From positions 11,553 to 75,552 of IMG/VR virus record IMGVR_UViG_3300042309_001835: a stretch of 64,000 nt of DNA. One strand, given 5' to 3'. This document shows positions 39,964-49,413 of this stretch, one piece after another. Origin of the DNA: a virus. Below the pieces are notes generated by a model. The model saw only the letters and a program-made list of their open reading frames with translations. It did no database searches and was not told where the DNA came from. A program made the position numbers and the translations under genes. Every line of letters starts with the position of its first letter. Positions within the stretch are counted from its first letter, which is position 1.

Positions 39964-40163
39964 TGGACAAGCCGCTGCACATGCGCGAGTTAAGACAGAA
40001 AGTCGCTGAGCGAATGTGGAGCGTTTGTCGGTCAGAACTTGATCCAGTTGAGCCGCCGCCGGTAATATATGCCATGACAGAAACGGCGATCAATGAGATA
40101 TATATGAATATCGATAAGATGCTAATGCAAACCATAAAGGACAGACTTGAGAGGCTGATATGA
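39963..40163 (+). CDS. hypothetical protein
   Basis: Stop/start coupled. Confidence 0.5.
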   Translation: MDKPLHMRELRQKVAERMWSVCRSELDPVEPPPVIYAMTETAINEIYMNIDKMLMQTIKDRLERLI

Positions 40164-40836
40164 CCGATGAAGAAATCATAAAGACAATCCACGCTAAGAT
40201 CCGTGACCACGAGGTCCGAGTCGCCATCGTGTCTGGTACCCTGGGTCTGGCAATCCTGACCGGAATCTTCCATGCAATTCATCTCAACCACACCTTGCTG
40301 TCTCGATAGCTTGACTCAAGACGAGCGGGATGAGCTGAATGTATTGAAGGCAGCGATCAGTTACCTGCCCAGCACGGTCCACCCTGCTAAGATGATGCGG
40401 TTCACTCAGCTCTGCGCCCGGTGCCTGTGTGGCAAGGGCGATCCCTCTTGCTAATGACAAATAACCTTGAACACAACAAGGATGGTTTTGCGATCAAATA
40501 TCGCATTGGCGACTATATGAATTACTTGCGATTTAACGATACAACTGCACAGCGCTCCATTTCTAATATTGCTATATTTTTGATTGGATGTGGATTTGGT
40601 CGCTCGGCCGTCATCCAAGGACTTAGGGACGCAGCGGACCAGATGGAGTCAGATTGGAACTGATCCCCTGGCGGAACGCGTCTAGACCCCGGCACCGTAA
40701 GACCCACCATTGGTGCCTGGGTCAATTCTGAACAAATCCCGAAGATCTTGACACCATGACAAGCTGGGGTCTATGGTTGAGACACAGGCAAGCAACCTGT
40801 TGTTATGCAATCAAATCCCACTGCTCTGATTAAAAA

Positions 40837-41274
40837 ATGGAACGAATCCTTGATTTCTGCGACGTAACAAGCTGCGACCTCAGTCTGTCCGGCCCAGGCC
40901 TGGTACTAAGGTTGTCTCAAGGGGATGTTGTCACGAAAATCAGGATCGGTACTGACAAATTCGCAGAAACCCACCCGCCAGTAAAAGCGATCACAAACAC
41001 TGTCAGCGTGACACCAGCCGCAACAGGCCGCCAGCAGGCCGTAGTTGGACTAATTGAGAAGGCTACATCAGTGGCACTCGCGGGCAGATCCAAGCGCGTA
41101 CCCCAGCGTCGACTGAACGAACAAGACGTTAAGGAGATCAGACGAAACTGGGATGCAACCGTAAAAGCCTGCGGTTCCAAAAATGCCGCCGCAGAGCAAC
41201 TTGGACGCATCTATAACTGCAGCGCCAAAAACGTATATGCAATTATTTACAGATATTCATGGGTGAACATCTGA
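40837..41274 (+). CDS. protein with C-terminal HTH
   Basis: LNEQDVKEIR...LGRIYNCSAKNVYAI...SW. Confidence 0.6.
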   Translation: MERILDFCDVTSCDLSLSGPGLVLRLSQGDVVTKIRIGTDKFAETHPPVKAITNTVSVTPAATGRQQAVVGLIEKATSVALAGRSKRVPQRRLNEQDVKEIRRNWDATVKACGSKNAAAEQLGRIYNCSAKNVYAIIYRYSWVNI

Positions 41275-41361
41275 TGGTCCGCTAGACTGGGCACGCGGCA
41301 AAGGGTTGCCGTGTGTGAGGAGAGTGCTAAACTGGCGCTGGCCATGAGCTAGCGCTTTTTT

Positions 41362-41718
41362 ATGTCTAACGAAATCGGTCGGCAATCCTGCATGGTTATC
41401 ACCCTGGATGACTACAAGTTTCAGCTCGAGGATGCGAATGAGCCGGATGGGTTTGCTGAATACAAGGGAAAGATGGAAGTGTCTTATGATGGAGAATTTC
41501 TTGGTATAGACGTCTGGGAAGCTCCAGTTAACAGTGATTTTATCGATTCGCCTGTTCAACAAATAACTCTTGCTGGCCCAGATCAGGCTAACCTGCTGGT
41601 GGGTGCGATCCTTGCTTTGTTGGAATCTTATGGTCATCAGACTGTACTAGATGACGAGGATATCCAGGAGGAGTACAAGCAATTGGCAGAGGAGGCCCAA
41701 GGCACAGTATTCAGGTAA
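41362..41718 (+). CDS. acidic hypothetical protein
   Basis: 118-aa ORF. Confidence 0.5.
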   Translation: MSNEIGRQSCMVITLDDYKFQLEDANEPDGFAEYKGKMEVSYDGEFLGIDVWEAPVNSDFIDSPVQQITLAGPDQANLLVGAILALLESYGHQTVLDDEDIQEEYKQLAEEAQGTVFR

Positions 41719-41726
41719 ACTTTTGT

Positions 41727-41963
41727 ATGGACACGCAGCCATTAAAACGTACCTGGGACACCCCCATCAGGGAGCGATGGAATGCCCCTATCCATCACTG
41801 CCTAAAGGCTATTGATGGCCACGTTGATTTGTACCTGAAGACAGGCGATAGGTGGCACATCGAGCAGGCCAACTTTCTGCGTTCTTATGTAGGGCGACTA
41901 AAGACCTGGATTCATGAGGAAGAAGACTGCCTGAAGTATCGCAACGCAGAAGACACCGAATGA
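41727..41963 (+). CDS. hypothetical protein
   Basis: WDTPIRERWNAPIH motif. Confidence 0.55.
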   Translation: MDTQPLKRTWDTPIRERWNAPIHHCLKAIDGHVDLYLKTGDRWHIEQANFLRSYVGRLKTWIHEEEDCLKYRNAEDTE

Positions 41964-42166
41964 CTTTCGGGTCGAAGTCCAGTTTCTTTGTGCCATTTTA
42001 TCATTGTATCTTGACGTAGCGGACCGCGATCAAAATAAACCTTGAAGTTCTGGTGGCTGGCAAGTTCAACCAATTCACGCACGCTGCCACTGTGCCTAAG
42101 TCGTTCGTGTATAACCAGCTCTGGACGTTGGTCGTACAGCTCCCCGTATGCGTTGTATTCAGTCAT
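41912..42166 (-). CDS. hypothetical protein
   Basis: 84-aa ORF. Confidence 0.4.
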   Translation of the reverse strand: MTEYNAYGELYDQRPELVIHERLRHSGSVRELVELASHQNFKVYFDRGPLRQDTMIKWHKETGLRPESHSVSSALRYFRQSSSS

Positions 42167-42418
42167 TAGCTGTGGTCCGAATAGATGGCGTTTACTTGGA
42201 TTACCGATATTCTACCCATGTAAATGAAATACTGTTGCGCGTGTGACAATTTAATGTGCTGTTAATCGGCTCGCAAGATCTTGTTGCATTCACCGAATGG
42301 TTTAGTAATCGACGGGCATGGTTCAGAGGGACCGTAGATTAACAAATCCTGGAATGCCAGCACCAGAACCAGTACCGCAATGTAGCTGATACTCATCAAT
42401 ATCATCAGCCCGTCAATG

Positions 42419-42562
42419 CTACCGCTTGCGCTTTTTCTTTTTGCTAGATGCGGCTTGACTAAGAGCAATTGCTTGAGCTTGTTTTGGGTCACGGCCTTCC
42501 TTGATTAGTGTGCGGATGTTGCTGCTGATCGTTTTCTGACTGGGGCCCTTCCTTAACGGCAT
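42419..42562 (-). CDS. small basic protein (47 aa)
   Basis: Read manually: [37 protein letters not shown]...; GGAG RBS. Confidence 0.65.
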   Translation of the reverse strand: MPLRKGPSQKTISSNIRTLIKEGRDPKQAQAIALSQAASSKKKKRKR

Positions 42563-42668
42563 TCGCGTTCTCCAGGTGATCGTAAGCTAGGACCCATACG
42601 ATTGTCAACAAGGTCCCCAGTAATACGATACCTAATCCGATTGCAATATCCCACGGGAACTCAGTCAT

Positions 42669-42959
42669 CTACCATAACTCCTTGTTAGCCCAGTAAGCAC
42701 CGGAAAGTTTTCCACGTGCAATATTCTTTGCGTGCCTACTTTTGAAAGATTCACGCCTTGCTTTGTCTTTAGCAGAATCACTGGCACTAGGTTTACCCGC
42801 TGTAGTCATTTTTTGATCGCCAAAACGTACCAGTTTCACGGTATCGCCATCTTTCGCGAGAACTACGCCTTTTTTTGTTGGATGGTCAGGGGTTCGCTTC
42901 GGCTTGTTGTAACCCTCTAGACCATATTTTTCGAGACGGGGATCCTTCTTTTTGGCCAT
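42669..42959 (-). CDS. small basic protein
   Basis: GYNKPKRTPDHPTK...RFG...FKSRH...YWANKELW. Confidence 0.7.
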   Translation of the reverse strand: MAKKKDPRLEKYGLEGYNKPKRTPDHPTKKGVVLAKDGDTVKLVRFGDQKMTTAGKPSASDSAKDKARRESFKSRHAKNIARGKLSGAYWANKELW

Positions 42960-43027
42960 GGAATCACGAATCCGATTCCTTAGATTTCCTGAATGCGTCC
43001 CTATAATGCCTTAGGTGCAACAAAGAC

Positions 43028-43339
43028 TTGCCGTACAGCGACCTTGACACGCAAAGGCAGCCCTGCCGAGCACTTCAAAAAAGAAAAGATATGGTTAACA
43101 GCGCCAAGGAGAAACCCTGTGCACATTGCAATCAGAATTACCCACGTCCTGTAATGGACCTGCATCACATTGACCCATCCAAGAAGGGGTTAGAAATATC
43201 TAAATTGGTGTACAGGTGCAGTTACAGTGCGCTCCAGGAAGAAATAAGTAAGTGCGTCCCACTCTGCGCCAACTGCCACAGGATGGTCCACGCCGGACTA
43301 ATTGAACTGGAAGACCCGGAAATCCAGCCAAAAGAATAA
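43028..43339 (+). CDS. HNH endonuclease
   Basis: CAHC...LHHIDP...LCANCH. Confidence 0.75.
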   Translation: MPYSDLDTQRQPCRALQKRKDMVNSAKEKPCAHCNQNYPRPVMDLHHIDPSKKGLEISKLVYRCSYSALQEEISKCVPLCANCHRMVHAGLIELEDPEIQPKE

Positions 43340-43347
43340 AGAATAAA

Positions 43348-43428
43348 TGGCCTCAACGAGAGTCGAACTCGTACACCCTGCGGCGGCGCATTTTAAGTGC
43401 GCTGTGTCTACCGTTTCACCATGAGGCC
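43348..43428 (-). tRNA. tRNA-Leu(UAA)
   Basis: GGCCTCA/TGAGGCC acceptor, GCGCA-CTTAAAA-TGCGC anticodon arm, long variable arm, TTCGA T-loop. Confidence 0.9.
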
Positions 43429-43504
43429 TGGTGCTCCCTGCGTGGATCGAACACGCCTAAGGTCGATTATGAGTCGACTGCATTCACCAGATTGCTAAGG
43501 GAGC
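43429..43504 (-). tRNA. tRNA with CAU anticodon (probably Ile2, otherwise Met), CCA encoded
   Basis: GCTCCCT/AGGGAGC acceptor, GTCGA-CTCATAA-TCGAC, TTCGA T-loop, ACCA end. Confidence 0.9.
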
Positions 43505-43621
43505 AGCAACCGTCACACTGTAGCCGATGCGGGTCGTCTTTGTAATATCCTCGTCCCATGATCTCCTGTAGACGGTTGCCACCGGGCACGCTAATGTCCA
43601 CCTAAGGCCCTGCGACCTACA

Positions 43622-43996
43622 ATGCCCCGTCCAATCAAGCCACGTTCAAGCCGTCGCCGCCTGCAGGGACAGCGCATCCTAAGCTTTGTCGCAACCCATC
43701 AAATCGATGGCAACGGCATCCAAGGTGTTACGGCTGCCAGGAAATTCGTATCACAAAATAATGTTTGCTATCCGGCAATCATTCGCGTTCATCGCAACAG
43801 GTATACAATCGACAGTTTTTTCCTCGCGGAAAAGGGAATGTTCGGATTGGCATATGCTGAATTCAATTGGATGGTATTTCCGTGCCTTCGGCAACTGGTC
43901 GAAAAAATTGGCCCAAGAGAGCTTTTCACTGACTTGGGCCTTTATGATTGGGCTTCCGAAGAAGAGAGCTACAGGGCGGAATACGCTTTTATCTAA
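43622..43996 (+). CDS. hypothetical protein
   Basis: 124-aa ORF. Confidence 0.55.
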   Translation: MPRPIKPRSSRRRLQGQRILSFVATHQIDGNGIQGVTAARKFVSQNNVCYPAIIRVHRNRYTIDSFFLAEKGMFGLAYAEFNWMVFPCLRQLVEKIGPRELFTDLGLYDWASEEESYRAEYAFI

Positions 43997-44415
43997 GCGA
44001 CCCTAGTTAGCCTGTTTCCGAAGTTGAACTTATAGCCCTCGACGGTTTGATCCTGACAGGGCTCCATGTATGTTCTGAAGCAACAAATCTTGTTGATTGC
44101 CGTGGTGTCAACGCCAAACTCTTTGGCAATGTCACCCTGCTTTTCACCCAAGTGGGCCCTTAGGCGAATTTCGTAAATCTGACGATCGCTGAAAAAGCCT
44201 TGCTTGCGTCCACGCTTGACTGGATCGACGCTCACGGGTGGCCGACGCATAACACGTCTGACAACGCGGCCAGGAGTGCTGGCCGAAACGTCTGTAATCC
44301 TGGCTATGCTGTCATAGTCATAACCTTGGCACCTCAGGTCCCAAATGCGGTCTTCTTTGGGAATGGAAACTCTTCCTCTTGCTCTGGTCATGGTTTCGGG
44401 TAATGGGTATCCCAC
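43993..44415 (-). CDS. double-HTH DNA-binding protein
   Basis: YDSIARITDVSAST and QGDIAKEFGVDTTAINKI. Confidence 0.6.
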   Translation of the reverse strand: MGYPLPETMTRARGRVSIPKEDRIWDLRCQGYDYDSIARITDVSASTPGRVVRRVMRRPPVSVDPVKRGRKQGFFSDRQIYEIRLRAHLGEKQGDIAKEFGVDTTAINKICCFRTYMEPCQDQTVEGYKFNFGNRLTRVA

Positions 44416-44719
44416 TGCCCTTCTATCTTAGACGAATACTGGAGGGAAGCAACCCCCGGCCCGCCGCAGTGTTACAATTTATTGACACGCCACATCAGGC
44501 GTAACCGTTGCATTACGTTACAATCCCCTTGTTTCATAGTATCCACGATTTAATTGAACCCAGAAAGCGGATGCTTCAATGCGCTGGCTCCAGGCTTCTG
44601 GGTCCGATGGGTCGTGGATATTTTGCAGATATATTGGCGGGAACATTGAACGCTTCCAGGCCCTGAAGGCCCAATAAATATAGCCCACGCTATTGCAGAC
44701 AAACTAGCATAGATTACCA

Positions 44720-44821
44720 GCGCCCAGACGGGAATCGAACCCGCATCGTAGTCCTGTCATATAGCATTGCGTCCAACGCATCAGCCAGGTACCGACCTGT
44801 CCAGTTGGTTCGGACTGGGCG
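44720..44821 (-). ncRNA. tRNA-like RNA with canonical acceptor and T-arm but no normal anticodon arm
   Basis: CGCCCAG/CTGGGCG, GCGGG-TTCGATT-CCCGT; 102 nt. Confidence 0.6.
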
Positions 44822-44822
44822 A

Positions 44823-44896
44823 CGACTCAGACAGGACTCAAACCTGTGACCGACCGCTTAGAAGGCGGTTGCTCTATTCAACTGAGCTACTGAGCC
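44823..44896 (-). tRNA. tRNA-Arg(UCU)
   Basis: GGCTCAG/CTGAGTC acceptor, ACCGC-CTTCTAA-GCGGT anticodon arm. Confidence 0.9.
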
Positions 44897-44909
44897 ATTA
44901 GTCAGGCAG

Positions 44910-45365
44910 GGCGTCTTACCGTATCGGGCGGTATCTCCTGGCTATGTGCCAGGCGTGTTCCTTACACCAAGACGCAGTGACCCTCCTGTTTGTGCATCAT
45001 CCAGCGTCCTGGGGCTAAGCATAGAGGGTGTTTGCACGGATCTAACCTGCGATCCGTAAGGGGTACCTTCTCCCTAAGGGGCCCCGCCGGGTCCGGGACG
45101 GTTGGTCAACCGTATGCAGTCCGTCGAGCTTGCCAAGTGGGTCGAGGGCTCAACCGTGGACTAGACGGGCGGAGGTGATCAACCCTCCGGCCTGGAAACC
45201 CAGGACTTCACGCAGGTCAACAACGATCGAAAATTTCCGATCCAGAATCGACGCAGTGCCCATTCCTGTTGACTGCACCCCGCCGACAGAGCAGCGTGGG
45301 GGGTTAACAGAAGGATTGGGCGTGACCGGATACAAAAGTAACCAGACAGTGGCCCAACCTCTGTC
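44910..45365 (-). ncRNA. candidate large structured RNA region, including a mini-cloverleaf at 44910-44975
   Basis: About ten adjacent hairpins, a 7-bp loop-to-distal complementarity, no credible ORF, promoter upstream. Confidence 0.55.
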
Positions 45366-45371
45366 ACTAAC

Positions 45372-45380
45372 AGTATACCA
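45372..45380 (-). promoter_or_regulatory. extended -10 promoter (TG-G-TATACT) for the RNA cluster
   Basis: Plus strand AGTATACCA directly upstream of the structured region. Confidence 0.5.
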
Positions 45381-45385
45381 CAAAG

Positions 45386-45913
45386 TCAGTCCACGTTGAC
45401 TGCCATCTCAGACCTGATTTGCTCAAAGTCGATTGGCCTGTAGTCCGTATGTTCTACGCATACGCATCTGTATCTGAGATCGGGCTCATCTTTCTCATCC
45501 AAGACTTGTCGGTAATGTAAATGTCCATGGATATTGCCCTTGTACCTGATGACTCCACAAGTGTGAACAGGAATATGCGTCAGGACATAATGATCCAGGT
45601 AATGACACCCTCTGATGTCATCAAAATATTTCACATAGTCCTGTAGCTTGAAAATATCATGATTTCCTCTGATTAGAATCTTCCTGCCATTCAGCCTTTC
45701 TAGACACTTCAGTCCACGCCTGGGAATAGCCACGTCTCCAAGGTGGTAAACTTTATCCTTGGGGCTAACGGTGTTGTTCCAGTTGTCGATCAATGCTTCA
45801 TTCATTTCATCTACGTCATCCCAGGGCCTGAGCTTGGAGCCGTCGTCCCTGGTGAATCGGCAGACGCCGCCATGCCCGAAATGTGTATCAGAGATTAAGA
45901 ATGTCTTCGTCAT
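45386..45913 (-). CDS. calcineurin-like metallophosphoesterase
   Basis: DTHFGH, LGD, GNHD, THIP, HGHLH. Confidence 0.9.
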   Translation of the reverse strand: MTKTFLISDTHFGHGGVCRFTRDDGSKLRPWDDVDEMNEALIDNWNNTVSPKDKVYHLGDVAIPRRGLKCLERLNGRKILIRGNHDIFKLQDYVKYFDDIRGCHYLDHYVLTHIPVHTCGVIRYKGNIHGHLHYRQVLDEKDEPDLRYRCVCVEHTDYRPIDFEQIRSEMAVNVD

Positions 45914-46414
45914 TACAGGAATTGTTCCATTAAGCTCACCTTAGCTTGACAGGACGAGATGATGGTATAAGTTGTTATCGCACTCTGACTTTACAGCAGG
46001 ATGACCCCCAGGACTCCAGTCGAGGTACTGCCCGCCAAGCCAAACAGTGACTACCGAGCCACCTATCGCTTGGACGGTGAGGTGTCTAAGCTGAACGTCA
46101 ATGCTGCAAGTTACTACGAAGTGTGGCTTATTGTAAAGCGCACGTATCCAATGGCCTCTGTGGTTGCCATTTTGCTTGTGACCGTCTAAGGTCCGTCCAA
46201 TGTTCGCAATGATCAACAAATGAATGGATAACCTGGTAGAGATCACGTCAGCCCTGATCGAAACAGGCAACCGCAGTCCCCGCGCTACGGCAATCGCTGT
46301 ACTCAGGGCACTGTCCGCAACACTGAGGATTTATCCAGATCCAGGCGACCTTAATCTGGAGGACTGCGCCGACTGGATTGACTCACAGCTTGAACAAACT
46401 AAACCATTCAAAAA

Positions 46415-46777
46415 ATGAACCCTAGTACACTTGTTGCTGCTGGCTTCGCCAACGAACTGGCTGAAGTCCTGGAACTTAAACTGTTGGGAGTTGATGCTGT
46501 TGGTGAAAACTCTTGGGACGATCATGCGCGTCAAGTCCTGGAGGGATACCACAAGACTCTTGACCGGGGCGTGTCGACGTATCTACCGCTTTGGCGTTCA
46601 CTTCATGAAGCCTATAGCTCAATCGACAGAACCAGCCCGCCGTATGTAATCTTTTCCGCGCTGATCACGGCTTTCTGCGATCGAATGGAATCGGATTTCC
46701 CTGTGCATGAAATAGATAAAAGCGTTTTGATTGGTTACTTGCGTGACGAAGCGGAAAAAGCACTGGTTTGTGAGTAA
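46415..46777 (+). CDS. hypothetical protein
   Basis: ATGA-coupled ORF. Confidence 0.5.
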   Translation: MNPSTLVAAGFANELAEVLELKLLGVDAVGENSWDDHARQVLEGYHKTLDRGVSTYLPLWRSLHEAYSSIDRTSPPYVIFSALITAFCDRMESDFPVHEIDKSVLIGYLRDEAEKALVCE

Positions 46778-47142
46778 TGAAGAGTAAATCGAATCGTCTT
46801 GGATTGAATCGAGACGATATGATGACATCCGCAGCCGTTCTGTTTCGTTTGGCAACAGCCCTAAGGAAGAACAATTTACCCAAGATCACACCAGATGAAC
46901 TCGACCACATGGCCCGCACCATCAGAAAGAAGGCAGATTCTAAGTAGAACTATGCCGCGAGCGCCCCACGAGAATGGAGCGCCAATCGTCACTCCGGCGT
47001 GCTGCCCTGCCTGGAAGGCTATCAGGAACCAGCTTGATTGGTATCCTTTTGCTGATTATCCAGATCATGTTTGCATGCCATGTATCGGCCAGTGGCGCGT
47101 TAACCAGTGCCCGTCATGTGGCGCTGATGTTCGCATGTCTGT

Positions 47143-47442
47143 ATGGAGGCTGCCTTGACCAACAAGCGTCAGTTCAACCAACCCCCGCGTGAACTGTTAG
47201 AGCAGTGGGTTGAAGAAGCCGATCAAAAGCTGACGACCCTGGAGGCATGCCAGCACGTCGCTCAGAAGGCCTCTGAGTGGGGTTTCGCCACAGCACTGTG
47301 CCCTGACCCCAATAGCCTGAAACAACGCGCCCTGAGGGGCCTGGAGCGCATCAAGAACCTTGGTGTGGTATCGACATGGGTGGGCAAGGACGTATTTCAA
47401 GTAATCGAGGAGGCCCTGGAGAGTCTGCCAGACAATACATAA
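47143..47442 (+). CDS. modular array family A, divergent copy
   Basis: PPRELLEQW...ASEWG...SLKQRAL...IEEALESLPD. Confidence 0.65.
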   Translation: MEAALTNKRQFNQPPRELLEQWVEEADQKLTTLEACQHVAQKASEWGFATALCPDPNSLKQRALRGLERIKNLGVVSTWVGKDVFQVIEEALESLPDNT

Positions 47443-47527
47443 GCAATACTAATGGTTTGAGGTATTGACCTGCGGGTGTCTAGCGGATAATTTAGATATG
47501 TCCTTAGACGCCAACAGGCTCTTAGCC

Positions 47528-48409
47528 ATGCAGATCACCAAGCCCATGCTCGCCGGAACCTATGACGCCTGTAAGGCGCGTTTCCCTTATATGGCGACTC
47601 CCAAGATTGACGGCATCCGTTTTGTCATGGTCGAGGGTGTTGCCCTGAGTCGTTCGTTTAAGCCGATCCGTAATGCTTACGTGCAAAGCACGCTAAGGAG
47701 CTGCTTGCCGGATGGCGTTGACGGCGAATTGACTTGCGGTGATACGTTCCAGTCGTCATCATCGGCAATCATGTCAACCGATGGCACGCCGGATTTCAAT
47801 TGCTGGATTTTTGATTATGTCGACCCGTTTAGCGATATCGTAGCACCCTATCGAGATCGGATCACTGATCCAGCGCTAGTTGAACTGGAAACTGAGCAGT
47901 TCATTACCATCCTGAAGCCAGAACTGGTTGCCAACGAACAGGAGCTGCGAGCAGTAGAAGAACGTTACCTTGATGCGGGGTTTGAGGGCGTAATGGTGCG
48001 TGACCCGGATGGAGGGTACAAGTTTGGCCGCTCCACGGTCAAAGAGAACACTTTACTGAAAGTGAAGCGTTTTGTTGATGACGAAGCAATCCTGGTCGGA
48101 GTGCTGGAAAAGCAGCACAACATGAACCAAGCCATGCAAGATGCGTTTGGGCGCACAAAGCGCTCTACCAGTCAAGACGGCAAAGTTGGTGCCAATACTG
48201 CTGGTACGTTGGTCGTGCGTAACGCAGATGGCGTTGAGTTTGGTATCGGCACAGGGCTCGATGAGGCCATGCGTGCTAAAATTTGGTCCAATCCTGGTGA
48301 ATTCGTTGGCATGATGGTTAAGTACAAGTATTTTCCCGTTAGCGTCAAGGAGAAGCCGCGACACCCTGTTTTTCTGGGATTTCGCCATCGCGATGATATT
48401 TCGTCATGA
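47528..48409 (+). CDS. ATP-dependent DNA ligase
   Basis: KPMLA, KIDGIR, DGEL, FEGVMVR, LLKVK, PRHPVF. Confidence 0.9.
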   Translation: MQITKPMLAGTYDACKARFPYMATPKIDGIRFVMVEGVALSRSFKPIRNAYVQSTLRSCLPDGVDGELTCGDTFQSSSSAIMSTDGTPDFNCWIFDYVDPFSDIVAPYRDRITDPALVELETEQFITILKPELVANEQELRAVEERYLDAGFEGVMVRDPDGGYKFGRSTVKENTLLKVKRFVDDEAILVGVLEKQHNMNQAMQDAFGRTKRSTSQDGKVGANTAGTLVVRNADGVEFGIGTGLDEAMRAKIWSNPGEFVGMMVKYKYFPVSVKEKPRHPVFLGFRHRDDISS

Positions 48410-48748
48410 ATGCCTCGCTTCTGATCTTCTATTTGCTCTTGTTGTACATTGCATTACTGCAAGCTTCTCAGTAATGCAAGTTACACCACTGATCCTGTTC
48501 TCTGTAGATGAACAAATGCCACCAAACGAATACCGACGCAACGCACGTTTTGATTCTTTGGCAGAGTATGACCACCTTGCTAAGTCAGACGACTTCATCG
48601 AAGTAACCGAATGGCACAACGGTGAAGGTTTTGATGTACACCTTAGTACCAATGCTGGTGAACAACGTATGTCATTTAGCTGGGGTGAGTACCAAGCATT
48701 GAAAGCAACCCTTGGTGACTGGGCTGAAAACAATCTGGAGGATGAAAA

Positions 48749-49069
48749 ATGACTAATCAACACCCGATTACCCCACCACTCGAGCTGTTAAATAAGTGGA
48801 ACAACCTGCCATTAAGCAATCAAGAGATCCTTGTGATTGTCGCCCAATGGGGCGCCGACCAGGAGCTGGCGGCGTGCTGTGAGTGGCTGGAAAACCAGCC
48901 TCAGTGGATGGAAGATCTTCGTTCTGCCCGCCGCCCCAAGCTGCCGAGCTTGAAGGAACAGGCGCTGAAAACGTTGCAAAGGCTGTCCAAAGATGGATTC
49001 CCCTGCAACTATCAAGAATACTCTGATTGGGACACCATCCGCCGCGCACTGGAGGCGCTACCTGAATGA
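48749..49069 (+). CDS. modular array family A1
   Basis: HPITPP / QWGADQEL / ARRPK / LKEQAL / IRRALEALP anchors. Confidence 0.75.
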   Translation: MTNQHPITPPLELLNKWNNLPLSNQEILVIVAQWGADQELAACCEWLENQPQWMEDLRSARRPKLPSLKEQALKTLQRLSKDGFPCNYQEYSDWDTIRRALEALPE

Positions 49070-49413
49070 CTGACAACCACCCGATTACCGTCCCCGCTGG
49101 ATCCATCACCGGATGGAAACTGCTTTATTGTAATTATCAAGGGGATCTTTCTGAAACCGAATATATTGTCCTAAAATCCGCTCAATGGGGCGCCGACAAG
49201 GAGCTGGAGGCGTGCTGTGAATACATTGCCATGAAAGGCAAATGGTTTGCTGACTCACATTTTCGCTTGAAGGAACTTCGCGCCGCCCGCCGCCCTAAGC
49301 CATCGAGCTTGAGGGAGCAGGCGTTAGAAGCCATGCACCGCAACTGGAACCCACGCAACAGCGACGACTTCGACATTATCCGCCGCGCACTGGAGACTCT
49401 GCCCAATGACTGA
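49066..49413 (+). CDS. modular array family A2
   Basis: Same anchors, different intervening segments. Confidence 0.75.
   Translation: MTDNHPITVPAGSITGWKLLYCNYQGDLSETEYIVLKSAQWGADKELEACCEYIAMKGKWFADSHFRLKELRAARRPKPSSLREQALEAMHRNWNPRNSDDFDIIRRALETLPND

Noticed and set aside
44720-45365. tmRNA, RNase P RNA, hammerhead ribozyme or group I intron
   Set aside because: No G3-U70 alanine acceptor or tag ORF, no GAGGAAAGUCC, no CUGANGA/GAAA core, and no interrupted gene recognised by eye. An Rfam search is still needed.
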